Under the pieces are notes generated by a model. That model was not told the origin of the DNA. It made no database searches and saw only the letters and a list, made by a program, of their open reading frames with translations. The position numbers and the translations under genes were made by a program. This document shows, piece by piece, positions 33,525 through 46,687 of a stretch of DNA of 64,000 nucleotides. The stretch comes from Lepidodermella squamata (Eukaryota > Animalia > Gastrotricha). The first letter of the stretch is position 1. Each line of letters begins with the position of its first letter. Location: assembly GCA_047495785.1 (NCBI GenBank), contig JBLDXI010000019.1, positions 744,001 through 808,000 on the forward strand. The letters run 5' to 3'.

Positions 33525-36500
33525 CGATGCTTGCTATGCTTGTTTTGTGATACTGACTGATGGACGTCGCTTAAACGGCACTACTTCGGATAACTAGAAA
33601 ATAGAATTACTAGTATTTCGAGAGTTACGAGGGGTCACGAGGCACCCTATATCGACCAATTTTATGGGTAGTAAGTTTTCATTGTAGTAAGTATTCATTT
33701 CTGCTGCATAATAATGCTATCTGACATCTGACACTCAGAGACACGATAAATTCCCAGGATACAAAACAATCCCCAAGTTTCCCCAAGCATTATCTGAACT
33801 AGATCCACAGCTCACAGGTTCAAGGCTGACCTGATTTCTGCATTTTATCGTGTCCCAGGTTCATGAAATTCGGAATTGATCGTTGAGTCTCCTAAATTCA
33901 ATTAGTATTCATCTTTTCGTCAATCTTGATGTATATTTCAAGCTTTCGAGACACAGTCTTTTAGCGTGTTGAACACCAAGATGAAGCGTCAAAAGCCGGT
34001 CGAAGAGAGATTTCATCCAGATTGACTGGGATTTGGGAGTATCCCTGTCAAATCTTCTCCATTACCCAGATTTTATGATTTATGACCTTGGACCGTACTT
34101 CCAATTAAAAGCACGGAGGTTACGTTCCGATAGGATTAATGGCGGAAAATGTACCCTATGGTGTTTTTATAGAGGAATCTTTTCCTTCAAACATTGTGCT
34201 AGGATTGATAGGAAAAAATCTGTGAAGAATCAAACCTTTGCTGGGAATGTCGTCAAATTTGTTTGAACTCTGAGCAACGACAGCAGCAAATTATGAAAAA
34301 CCACCATTGGGCCATTGCATTTAGTCCTTTGCTAACGATTTATTTGTATTGAATTAATGCGCTTTGGCTGTGCGCTGCAACATTGCAAATTAAAGAAAAG
34401 AGAAAAATCATGCGCTTGACGCGCGAACTCCAAACAACGCTACTTAAAACGCAATACACGTGTCAGTAACACACCAATTCAACTCTATTATGGATATCGA
34501 AGGATTTCCTTGGACACGGGGCAAGTGCTCTTCAGCTACAGTGAATAATACATTAACAATTGCTGCCAATCTCGATTTATTCCAGAGCCGAACCTTGTAC
34601 GAGAGTCGGGTTTATCTCTCTCAAGATATTTTCATTTTTATCCCGGAAAATTCGCTCTTTTCACGGAGAGGAATGATGCGAATTATATACTTAAATTCAA
34701 TCATAATCAAGAATACTTACTAACTGTTTAACCACTAATAGGGGCTCCTGATTTGGGTTCAAGTCCCAGCTCATTATTTTCAGCTTTTCGATAATTGATA
34801 ATTAAGCATGAATATTGAAAATTATGAATTCTGGGAATGAGCAGACTCTTTGAGACTGAGCTACTCACCGTGATCGCCCTTCGTCAACGTCCCATAAGCC
34901 CGTATGAGCAATCGAGGACGACAATAAAACTTGGTCATTTTTTATAATTTATTTTCTATTCTATTGTTCTCAAGTGGAAACATTTCATTGTTATACTTAG
35001 CTTTTTTGCTTTTTAAATTTATATTTCGTCTCACGCTTTCGCCTCATTGCTTTACTTTCAATTTTATGATCGAAATTTTCGGCTGTTAGATATTTTGAAA
35101 TTGTGTAAATTCGCATGATGCGTTAACTGATGTTTGTTAGATTGATTTCGCGTGTGCGTTTATTTTACGATTGGCACTCTCAGCTTTCCTGACATAATGA
35201 TTAAGCTATGCTCCAGTTGCGCCTGATTTCTGATGTTCTTTTTCATTTTTCTACAATGATAAATTTTTGGCGATCATTTTATTGCTTGCGAATTAATAGA
35301 GATTGGTAAAAACTAATTAAATTGTCACTTGATCAATCCAACTCTAGGACAGGCGTCGTTATTACCCTCGTAATTGGCTGTCTAGGGTTTATGATTGACG
35401 CAAAATTTGCATGAGCTGCGGCATGCGTTAGATGAGGACATTCAGGTGCAAAAATGCGATTGTGTATTTTGTAGTCATGCATATGCCTATTTCTGTTACA
35501 TCTTCATAACTAAGGTGCCTAATTGTTTTAAGCTTTCGCCAATTTTGTTTCGCTTATATGTCGTGAGGGCAGCATATTCCTGAGAAAGAATTAAGCTGCT
35601 TTACGCATTGTACCAAGGAGGAGCTTGAATTAGATTTGGGATAGTCTTCACTCGTCTGTAGCTTTTTCGCTTCATAGGGATTTAGCTGACCGGTGAAATG
35701 AGGCTAATTACGCGTTAATGCTTTCTTATTCATGCTGAGACATGTCGTGCTTACATGGCATGTTATGGCTAGTTTAACCCGCACGAGTATGCCACTTTTT
35801 GCTCAGCTTCTTAGGACAGCGTGGGTAAGGGGTAGGAATTGCGATTTTTCTTCAATTATGCCGAATTTTCGATCATAATTTTTATTGCTTTGTGGTCTTT
35901 ATTGCCGGTTTAGCGTCTCTTCCTCTGCGAATTGACGGCTTTTATCGCATTGTCTTCTCAGGCTCATCACCCCGCATTAGCGGCAATTCAATGTATTGTA
36001 GGCTGAACCAGTATTATTCGTATTTAGGGGTCCTGCGCTACTGCCGCCGCTGAATGTGGCCATCATCGACACGTTACACTGCGCTCTGCTGTGTCGGAAA
36101 ATCAATCGATTAATGCAATACGAGCACTGGCGGCGGAAACAAGCCAAAAGTCATATATAAAACTATTATCACGCGTTTTTTCTCTCACGTCCCGTCGCCT
36201 ATATACGCCTGTGTATAGACGCTATAGTACAGCTGAGCGATGGCGGTTCGGCAGCCGTCGCTGCGTCAGTAATGACGAGCTCGTCGTATATTTGCTATTA
36301 AATGCGAATACACACGTTGTTCGCTACTGTGCCTGCGGAGGTCTTCGCTGTGCCGCGTGTGCCTGTGCCTGCCCCCTAAGCTCGCTCTATTTCATCGCAT
36401 CACATACCGGTTTGTTTGCTTTCGAGATTCGAATTTTCTCACTCCGGCAAAACGTGCTGAAAATTGCAGATTTAATATATTAGCATTATATTATTTTATA

Positions 36501-37368
36501 TTTATTTCCCCTCGCTATATATATTATTAACATTGCAAAAAAACTACCAGACAGGAGCATGCATAAAACTGAAACAGAGTTATTGCTTATGCTGCTTCGG
36601 CATGGAAGCTTTTCACGCTCGTATATCCACTACGCATTGATTCGGCCTTGTTAAATGGGCACTCCAGCTGGTAGTGAGTTCTCACAACTTTTTCACCTCT
36701 TATTATGCAAAGTACTTACGCCAGGTTTGTAGTCGATATCTTGCATTTTTACGGATCGCAGTATACAAAAACTCGTGGAGGTATATGCATATCTTTTTTT
36801 CTTATCATTATCGACCGGAGAAACATGCCTGATGTCCTGTTATCTGATAACAACGGCAGAGTCGCCGCACAGCAATTGGTGCGTATTATTGGAAAATTCG
36901 TAAATGTGTTATTCTCTTAGGAGAAGACCTCCCTGTAGTACTACTATACAGAAAATAGTAGTAGTATTTTTCACCGCCACCCACCCACATGTCGGATTTT
37001 AGCGGCACCTACTGCGTCGTCACGCAATAAATCATACGTTTTTTCAAGGTCGATCTCGGCCTTTGTTGACCGTTGCCCTTATTCATAGCCTTCGCACAAT
37101 TGTTTTCATATTTTTCGCTGATTGTTTTCATTATTATTAGGACCGCCGTGGTGGTTGTTTGCTCTCGCAGACAGGGACCGAGAGGCAATTAATTATCTAA
37201 TGAAGCTGGCCTTATTTACCTAGAGAAGGTCCGCTGTCATGTTTTACATTCTTTACTCAGTCTCAGTTTCAGCGCCGAAATTATTTACCTATTTTTCCCG
37301 TCTAGGCTGTGTTAAAATGATTTTATTTCAACCGAATTATTATTGATTCAAGTCAGTCGAAGAAAAGG

Positions 37369-40300
37369 ATGCCTATCGCTCATTTGGCTGAGCCATTTCG
37401 GCAAGTACACTACGATGAAGTGACCGAGGTGAGTTATATCCTCCTTAATTTTTTCCTCGACCCACCTACGCACGGGCAATAAACCGCCCTCTTGCGCTGA
37501 TGATTTTTGAGCGCTTTGTTTGATCAGCTTTTGCGCGACTCACGTCATGATAGTTTAATATAATATGCCAAATTATTTCGCTAAATTTCTACATGCACTC
37601 GTGTTTAAGCGGCGGGATGATTATGAAAATGAGCTTTTTTATTCTCTTCCCGAAAAAACAACAGTCGAACAGTATGGAAGAAATTTCGAGCGGAGCTGTG
37701 TCGACCAGCAGCAACCAGCAGCAGCGGGCTCAACAGCAGTTGCAAGTCCAGCAGTCCGGCGGCGGGGGTGAAAACCGAATGTCTGTGACCAAGGAAACAA
37801 TTTCCGAAGTAAGTGCATTTTTTAGCCTCAAAGCGTGTTGATTGTCGCGGCCTATGCGATTGCGTGAGATGCCACTTGAGTCACGCACGCGGCCGGAATA
37901 CGACTCGTCATTGACTTATATATATGCATTATATAGGTATAGTGCCTTTTAACTTAAATATAGCGTAATTACTCGGGCTAACCGACCCCGCGCTCGTAAA
38001 AACCAACTAAAACGACGCGTCATGTGGCGCCCAAATAATCATCCTAATAGTTTTCTTGCTAAAATGAGCTGAAGTGGTAAAAATTTACGCTCCGGTGCTA
38101 ACCGGCTATGTAAGTGCTGCTATTAGTCTCTATCATCATCATCATCGGCGATTAACGACTTTGGTCAAATTTCTAACAGGTAAAATTTGCGATTTATCAA
38201 CCTCTCCATTAGCCGTATCTGATTTCATTAAACCGGGTCAATTTTTCATCTCGTAATTAATGCTAAGTACTACAAGACATCTTGGAGCATTCCCATTAAA
38301 TTATCGTTTGATTGAATGTAAGGGAAGGTTTCTACTCTTGTATCGTATTTTTGCTATAATTCGTTTTTAATATCTTACGCTAAAATGTGCGATCTGAGCC
38401 TCTTTTCTTTATATTTATATATTCGCAGTTGATTATTTGCGTGATTTTTTATTTTCATCCCGTAAGTTTCCGTTACTCAACTTTCTATATAGAGTCCTTT
38501 CGTCACATGACGAGCCTGATTCACTCATTGTCTCGGCTCGTCAAAAATTTAGCCGCGCGCGTTTTTGACCTTGCCAAATTTTGAATTTTGTTTCTCCGAC
38601 AATCTACGATTTTATGACCTTTCCAATTTATAATTGACATTTTCATGCTTGTGGTATACTATTAAACAAAAAGCCAGGCTAAATTTACAAATTCATAATC
38701 TTGAAATGCTTGTAATAATGAATGAATGACACGATTTTATGTAGGAAACGTATTTTTTTACTGGAAGTTAAGCCTTTTCATTCAGTGTTTTTTTTACCTC
38801 AGCGATACGAACAACGTAGGCTCTTTTAATTAGCATTTTTTAAGGTGGAATCTATTCCCACGATCGTAGGCGTCGTAAGGCGTCGTTTTTTTGAATTGAC
38901 TATTCTTTCGCGACTTATTAGAAGTTGTAAATGAGTGAAACTTTACGAAAGCCTGTTGCTGCTGATGCTTGTGTATTTTTATATAACCAAAAACCAGCTT
39001 TTGCTCACAGCGGCGTAACAACGACACATCGTTCGTTCGTTCGCTCGCTGCTTGCTGTCGTGCCTTTTTTGTTGCCGCGTGTGTATTCATTAGCAAAGGC
39101 AGCGCACGTTAAGTAATAATAATAATGCTGTCCTTTCGGCTTGAAGAATTCGCCTCTCGCCTTTACTAGCAGGTATATATATACTTTATACCTGTCACTG
39201 CTACACCAAATGCTATATGACGAGAAGGCATTATCTAACGCGAAGGGCTCGCCTACTATATTATTTGACAAGCCGAGATGTCTTCATCGCTGTTCTCCTG
39301 CTTCATTGTTGAAAAGTTTTTCAAATAGACGCTATTAAACCCACGCTATCTTTTTTACGAAAACAATTTGCCCACTTCCAGCCAATCCTTTCTGATAAGC
39401 ATCTTAATCTTCGTCTTAGATAAACATGATGAAGCGAAGCCAAAACTGACCTGTTGCTTCCTTTTTAGCGATTTCACCTATTAACCGATTTAATTTAGCT
39501 CAATTTTTACCGCTGCTGCTCCTGCATAATCAGTGCAAAAAGGACCCGCCAGCGCCGCATTTTTACGCGCCAGCTCACATGTCCTTTTGCACCTTTCTCT
39601 TTCGGAGTTCAATGAGTCGTTGTGACAACAACAATACTACTAATAACATTGCTACTGACCAAATCGAAGATGTCTGTGTTTCTATTTTCAACTTCAACCT
39701 CGTCAACGGTGTCGACAATATCGACCATCCCAACCCGATGCATGGCAAGAATTCACCTACTACTATTATTACGCCTAATGGCCATTATTCTAGCAAAAAG
39801 TCCGATGAGGAATTCTTGTTAATTGATTCTTATGATCGCCCTCAAAACGTATTTAAATTAAGATAATTAGTTATTTTTTTTTCGATTTTTACAGCTAATT
39901 ACTCGAAATTGTTATTCTAATTTTTTGATGCATTTTTCAGATGGACGACGAGCGGGAGTTTGATGTGGCTTCGTTCGCGAAAAGCTCCGAAAAATGCGAC
40001 CCATCCCAATTTCAGTTGCTACGCGTTCTCGGCCAGGGCTCGTTCGGCAAGGTGTTTCTAGTGCGAAAAATCGCGGGAACGGACGCAGGGGCACTCTACG
40101 CCATGAAGGTGCTGCGCAAGGCCACGCTCAAGGTGCGCGATCGCGTTCGGACCAAACAAGAACGAGACATTCTTGCAGATATCAATCATCCGTTTATTGG
40201 TGAGTTTTTGTGTTATTAAGGAGGATTTTTTCCGAAATTTTTATGCCTCAGTGAGCTTGAGGTCTAACTGAGTGCAAATGGACGTTGGCATTTTGTAACG

Positions 40301-43300
40301 CTCGATTAACCTTGCGTTTTTATTTGTAGTGCATCTACATTACGCCTTTCAAACTGCTGGAAAGCTGTATCTTATCCTCGAATTTTTGCGCGGAGGCGAT
40401 TTGTTCTCGCGCCTTTCACGCGAGGTCATGTTCACCGAGGAGGACGTCAAGTTCTACCTGGCCGAACTGGCGCTCGCCATCGGCCACCTGCACTCACTCG
40501 GCATTATATATCGCGACCTCAAACCTGAAAACATTCTGCTCGACGTAGACGGCCATATCAAATTGACAGATTTTGGCCTGAGTAAAATCTACGATACCGT
40601 CAGATCGGTCGGCAATTCGACGTCGTCCGGCGGTGACCAGTCTGTTAGCTCGGATTTGACGTACAGTTTCTGCGGCACTGTCGAGTACATGGCGCCTGAG
40701 GTTGTTTCTCGGAAGGGCCACGACCACGTCGCCGACTGGTGGAGTTTTGGCGTGCTCATGTACGAAATGCTGACCGGGGCGTTGCCATTCCAAGGGAAAG
40801 ACCGCAAGGACACGATGTACCAGATACTCAAGGCGAAACTGGCGATGCCGCAGTTTCTGAGCTCGGAGGCGCAACAACTGCTGCGGGCGCTGTTCAAACG
40901 CACGCCGCAAAACCGGCTCGGCTTCGGCCCGCACGGCCTCGAGGACATCAAGAAGCAGGCGTTTTTCAGAACAATCGACTGGGAAAAGTTGATGGGGAAG
41001 GAGCAGACCCCGCCTTTCAAACCGACAATCAAACCCGACGAGACGTTCTACTTTGACTCGGAATTCACGAGCAAAATGCCGACAGACTCGCCCGGGGTGC
41101 CGCCGAGCGCTGCCGCGAACGAGCTGTTCCGCGGCTTCAGCTACGTCGCGCCGATGCTGCTCGGCCACCACGGCGGCGAGCTGACGGGCGAGGCGGCGAT
41201 AAGCGCGACGAAAGAGACGGGCATGGTTGTTGCGCCGCAGTCGAGCGGCCAAAGCGGCGGCGGCACCCAGGTTCACCTGCCGGTGGACCCGCTCAACTCG
41301 CTTCCAGGCGTCAAGGCCACGCAGTTTCATGACGACTACGACATGGGGCCGGCGCTGGCCGAGGGCGCGTTTTCCGGCGTCTTCCGGTGTACGCACAAGC
41401 AGAGCGGCGGCGAGTTCGCTGTCAAGGTGATTGAGCGGGCGCAGCGCGAGCCCACCGACGAGGTTGAGATCCTGCTGCGCTTCGCCGACCAGCCGAACAT
41501 CGTGCACCTGCGGGATGTTTACGTCACTACAGATCGTGTCTACCTTGTTACAGAACTGGTGAGTCTTTCAATGGAGAAAAAACTTCTCACGGCTTTCAGC
41601 TGCTGTGATACTGTACTTATCACTTCATGGCTGTTCCCCCTCTCATTGTTAGAAGTTTTTTTAGTGCCACGTTAAATACATGTGTTGAAGGAAAATTTGG
41701 GCTAAATATAAGAATGTTAGTCCGTATAAGAAAAAAACCCTTCCATTTGAGTCAGATTTTAGTCAAAATTGTCAAGAAATTGCAATTGTAACCAAGTAAA
41801 TTCTTAATATTGACTCACATAAGAGCTTCATGGTTAGATTAGAAAAGAAAAAGGCGGATAAACTTGCAAAAAATTGATTATTTTATGCAGTGTCCTATGA
41901 AAGCTAGGCCATTTATCTGGTACTACGAAGGGATTAAGAACGGTTTAGCTAGGAAACTCGTGCAGAAAAGATGCTTTGTTCCTTATGTGAGTAGAAAATT
42001 TGACGCAAAATGGTTGATTCATTTTTATTCTAGCCTGCCTAGGATAGCCAAAAGCATATGACACATAATTTATTTAAAAATTGAAACTTGTTATTTTTAG
42101 TCGAAATAAAAATGTTCAAATTTTTAAGAGGGATTATACAGAAAATCAACGCCCACGCAATAAAAATAATAAAAATGTATAAATAGGAACAGAAAAATGA
42201 GTTGGTACACTGAATATTTTGTAAACCGGACTAGGATAGCGCCGGGTAAAATTGTCCAGTTTAGGGCTATTCCAGTCTAAATGACCAAATTTGCTATATG
42301 AGCCTCTGCAAGACTCACCTAGATTCGTCCTGTTTTAATAAATTCCGTTTTTGACGACTCCGGTTTACACAACTTTCACTGTATTTGATTTGATTTAAAA
42401 TGATAGGATTTGATAGGAATTTCTCTGCTTTTTATGGCTAAAAATAATGTCTTTTTTTGTTTTTCTCAGCTGCGGGGAGGAGAGCTTCTAGATCGTATTC
42501 TACGGCAAGGGCACTTGTCCGAGTACGAAGCGGCGCAAATCGTCGCCGTGCTGGCGCGAGTCCTCGACACCCTGCACAAGAACGGCGTGGCGCACCGCGA
42601 CTTGAAGCCTTCTAACGTCGTGTACGCCGACCAGTCGGGCACGCCGAATTCGCTGCGGCTGTGCGACTTCGGCTTCGCGAAGCAACTGCGCGCCAACAAC
42701 GGCCTTCTCATGACACCGTGCTACACGCTGGCGTACGCGGCGCCCGAAATCCTCAAGCGGCAGGGCCACGACACCGCGTGTGATATTTGGAGTCTCGGCG
42801 TCCTGCTCTACGTGATGCTGTCCGGCCAGTCGCCGTTCGCGTACACAGCCGAGGACTCGGCGGAGCAGATCACGCGGCGCATCGCCTCAGGCACGCTGCG
42901 GCTGTCCGGCGGCAACTGGGACACGGTGTCGATGCAGGCCAAAGACCTCGTCCAGCGCATGCTGCACACGGACCCGTCGCGGCGCATCACCGCCGAGCAG
43001 ATCCTGCTGCACGCGTGGGTGCAGAACCGCGAACAGCTGCCTCGGGCGACGCGGGCGAAACTGCAGCAGACGGGCAGTCTGCCCATGGCGCCGCCGCCTC
43101 CGGTCGCCCAGCAGCAGCAGCAGCACCAGCAACAACAAGCGCCTTCGCAACAACAGCAGAACCACCAGTTGAAAGCCGCCGTGGCCGCGACATTCCGCGC
43201 CGTGAACGAACCGGTGCTGCCGCCGCTGAAGGCTGTTGACAATTCCGATTTGGCAGCGCGGCGCCGCGGCCGGCCGCTGCAGCAACTTCGAACCACTGGC

Positions 43301-43342
43301 CAAATGCCGGGAATAGTCAACACAACTGCTCCGCCGCATTAA
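37369..43342 (+). CDS. RPS6KA: p90 ribosomal S6 kinase (RSK, two kinase domains)
   Basis: First exon 37369-37428 [10 protein letters not shown] resembles the RSK N-terminus MPLAQL; exons 39941-40199, 40330-41558, 42470-43342; [12 protein letters not shown] and YSFCGT; linker TDSP and FRGFSY; [12 protein letters not shown]; ERK dock LAARR. Confidence 0.95.
42208..42381. mobile_element. Degenerate Tc1/mariner-type MITE in an RSK intron
   Basis: 23-bp TIRs with 4 mismatches (CACTGAATATTTTGTAAACCGGA versus the reverse complement CAGTGAAAGTTGTGTAAACCGGA), TA flanks, 174 bp. Confidence 0.6.
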
Positions 43343-44638
43343 TTTCATATCAACTTCATATATTACCAATATATACCTAATATTACTATTCTAAATTATC
43401 AATTATTCAAATTTTACTACAACAATTATATTGACTGTTCGAACCGTTAAAATCAATCGCAATTTTTGATGATGAGGAAATCAATTATACCATCCACAAT
43501 TTTACTCGTCGTAACGAAATACCATGGAGAATAAAACTAGCGGTGTAGATTTGAAGAAAATCCTCCTTAAAAATGCAGGGTTCTTATTTTTTATGCCTTA
43601 TACGAGGTGTTTATTCTGGTCACTATTTTTTTCATCAATAATAAGCGCCGGGGGTTATTTCACTACTAGATGCATTGTGTTATTTCGTTATGAAGAAGCG
43701 TGGAGCAGCATAAAAAAACAACAGCAATTGTTTATTTCCATTCATTCATTCATCTCGCTCTCTTTATTGATTTTATCATGTGCGGACTTCAGATCAGAAT
43801 TTGCAAAATTCTATTAACGTGTTATTTTTTTTTCGTCTGTATCATCACAGCCGTTCTTGTTTATACGAACCTGATGTCTCTTTCGCGTCTACATGTCGAC
43901 TTTCTCTCTCATAATATAAAGCAATTTTCAAGCCCGCCGAAAAAACATTTTTTTCTATCCCATATTCGCATGCGCGTGTCTGATTTTAGTCACTTCGTAT
44001 TTATTTTCCATCGATGATTCATCACTCGCGATAAAACAGTAATAATGATGATAATATCGTTAAGTAGCGCCGATGATTAAACGCCCTGGCGCGTGCCTCG
44101 GCGAAATCCGAGAGAAAAAATTATTCGATTTTTCCTGACGAGCCCTGGATATAGGACGTCCTTGCCACGCGCAAACATAGTAGCTAATAGTTGGAACTGG
44201 AAAATACACCTGGTTTTGAATTTCATGGTGATTTTTTTTCTTCGCTGGCGTCCTTTTTATTGACTTGAAATAAAATCGATGACCTCTTGTGCCGCTCGCT
44301 ATAATCCCGTTATTTCAACACGAAAACACCTTATTGTTATATTTTCCGCGTTGTGCTATTATATTACTATGAAAATAGAGAATATTGGCGGTTATATGGA
44401 AAACGTTACTATGATACAAAATATTATTCTTATTCTGAAGAGAAATTTCGTCGCGTCTGTTTTTTTTTGAAGAAAAATTGTGTACTGAATATTTGAAAAA
44501 ATAAAGCCAAGAGCTGTTCTATTTTGCTGATTTTTTTCGGAATTTTCAGGTGAAGACTGGCGAGGAATGAAAATTAGCAATTCGCGACGGCTAATTTTGT
44601 TATCCTGAGTGAAAATCTGATAAACACTCGAACAAGAA

Positions 44639-44973
44639 TGAATCAGGAAACGAGCCATGAATTGAGAAAGATGAGGCGATTTCCTGTACTACGATGATTC
44701 ACGAGCTGATCGATACTTGCTGCGAAAGAATGCGCGAGAACCAGTTTTTTCTGCCCTTCTAATAATAAATAAGAGCCGTGAGTAATGCAAATATTCACAT
44801 TGGGCAGTATATATTCCATTATAATATTACGTCCTTCATGGCTATTATTTCAGTTTTTTTTCCTATTTTATAGCTACTACATTGCGATGAGTCACCCTCG
44901 CAATTTTGTGCAGCGAGCTGGTGTGAATCATTTCGTTCAGCATGATTTGTTATAGCCGCCTTGGGTATATAAA
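44639..44973 (+). promoter_or_regulatory. AP-1-like site cluster plus TATA box upstream of RSK-like duplicate 1
   Basis: TGAATCA 44639, TGATTCA 44695, TGAGTAA 44779, TGAGTCA 44888, TGAATCA 44924, TATATAAA 44966-44973. Confidence 0.4.
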
Positions 44974-45216
44974 GACGCGTCGTGGCCACAGCGATAAGCT
45001 AGTTTTTTCCACACAAAAATGGGCCGCATAGATAAAAAATGATAATGCCCACTCTATTCTACGTTAATTACCTGCCATGCCTACCCGAATAGCAATTAAA
45101 CAAACAACCATATCTATGGGAAAAAATAATGAATGAGCTCTAATCACATCCTTCCTTGCTGATAAGTAGAACAACTGCTGTTACTTATTGAATTTTCTTG
45201 GCGAATTCAAGCGAAA

Positions 45217-46291
45217 ATGTCCGCCCATTCAAGCAGAATGGCTGACCCGTCTCAATTCGACCTATTGATGTTCCTTGGCAAAGGCGCTTTCGGAAAAGTT
45301 GCGCTGGTTCGCAAAATGGACGGCAACGATGCCGGCGAGTTCTACGCGCTCAAAGCTTCGGCGAAAAAGCGAGACCGCGCTATAGCTAAACACGAGCGCG
45401 ATATTCTAGCTGAAATCAACCATCCTTTCATTGGTAAGAATATTTTCTCCGCCAAAGGTTGAATCCTTATCCTTATCATTTTCAGTCAAACTTCACTATG
45501 TTCTCGAAACCACTGATCACTTGTACCTGGTTCTCGACTACGCCCGTGGCGGCGATATGTACTCAATTCTATCTCGTCAAGTCCTCCTTAAAGAAGAAGA
45601 AGCTCGATTTTACCTCGCTGAGTTGGCGCTAGCAATCGGCTATCTTCACTCGATGAATATCATCTACCACGATCTCAAACCTGAAAACATCCTAATCGAC
45701 AGCGAGGGTCACATCAAGTTGGCTGATTTCGGCCTGAGTCGCCACGTTGAAGCGAACGAGATAGAGAGTGACCTTGGTTTCAGCGGGACATTGGAGTACA
45801 TGGCGCCGGAAATTGTTTCGAAACGAGTCGAAGACCCGGTCGCTGATTGGTGGAGCTTCGGCGTTGTCATGTTCGAAATGCTAACCGGCATTCTACCGTT
45901 CGACGGGATCGATCGGAAAGATACGGCTGAGCAAATTCTTCGGGGTAGGATAACAATGCCAAAATTGCTATCAAACGAGGCGCAAATCATGCTGCGAGGC
46001 CTGCTGAAACGCACCTATCAAATTCGACTCGGCTACGGCGCGAATGGGTTGGAGAATGTGAAGAAGCAGGTCTTCTTCCGCGGCGTCAATTGGGAAAAGC
46101 TGTTGGCGAAGCAATACATCGCGCCTTTCAAGCCTCGCGTCAAAACAATCCAGCCAAACCTATGTGGTAAAAAGCTATCCGATGCGCTGGGAGCTCCGGT
46201 GAAACCTCGCATTGCACGGCAAACTTCAAAGTTCAAGTACCTTTTCGACTGTTGTCGGCATCAAACTATCCAGCCTCAAGTTATTCAATAA
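45217..46291 (+). CDS. Truncated RSK-like kinase 1 (N-terminal kinase domain only)
   Basis: Exons 45217-45433 and 45486-46291; DPSQFDLL...[23 protein letters not shown]; same HPFI|V intron as RSK. Confidence 0.88.
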
Positions 46292-46687
46292 CAAAAACTT
46301 AAATCTAATGCAACGATGGTTCTTCAGAAATACAGTATTTCATCATTTTATGATATTTTTCAATAAAATAACTGAACTCTCTTCCTAAAATTGCTGTTGA
46401 AGGGGGTAAACGGGAAGGTTTAACGGGACTAACAACCAGCAGAGACCCATCTTGATGAGATCATCCGAAATCATGAGTTGAAATTTCAGCTTATTCGGAG
46501 CCAAAAAGCAAACATTTAAAATATGGCTCCAAAGCCAATAGGACTTGAAAGGCAGATGTCGCATTTAATACGGATAGTTTAGTCCAAGTAATTTTTATAG
46601 GCTGAGTTCATCTAGGATCTGGCAAATTACCTCTAAAAGGTAAGTTTTTCCGCAAGACTTGCGTTGAAATTTTTTGATATTAGGAAA

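Noticed and set aside
33627-35372. Possible mariner element bounded by TACGAGGG ... CCCTCGTA
   Set aside because: The inverted match is only about 9 bp and there is no transposase remnant.
40494-41507. 337-aa antisense ORF over RSK, and similar ones over SMEK and family member B
   Set aside because: Expected in GC3-rich coding DNA; no recognisable protein features.
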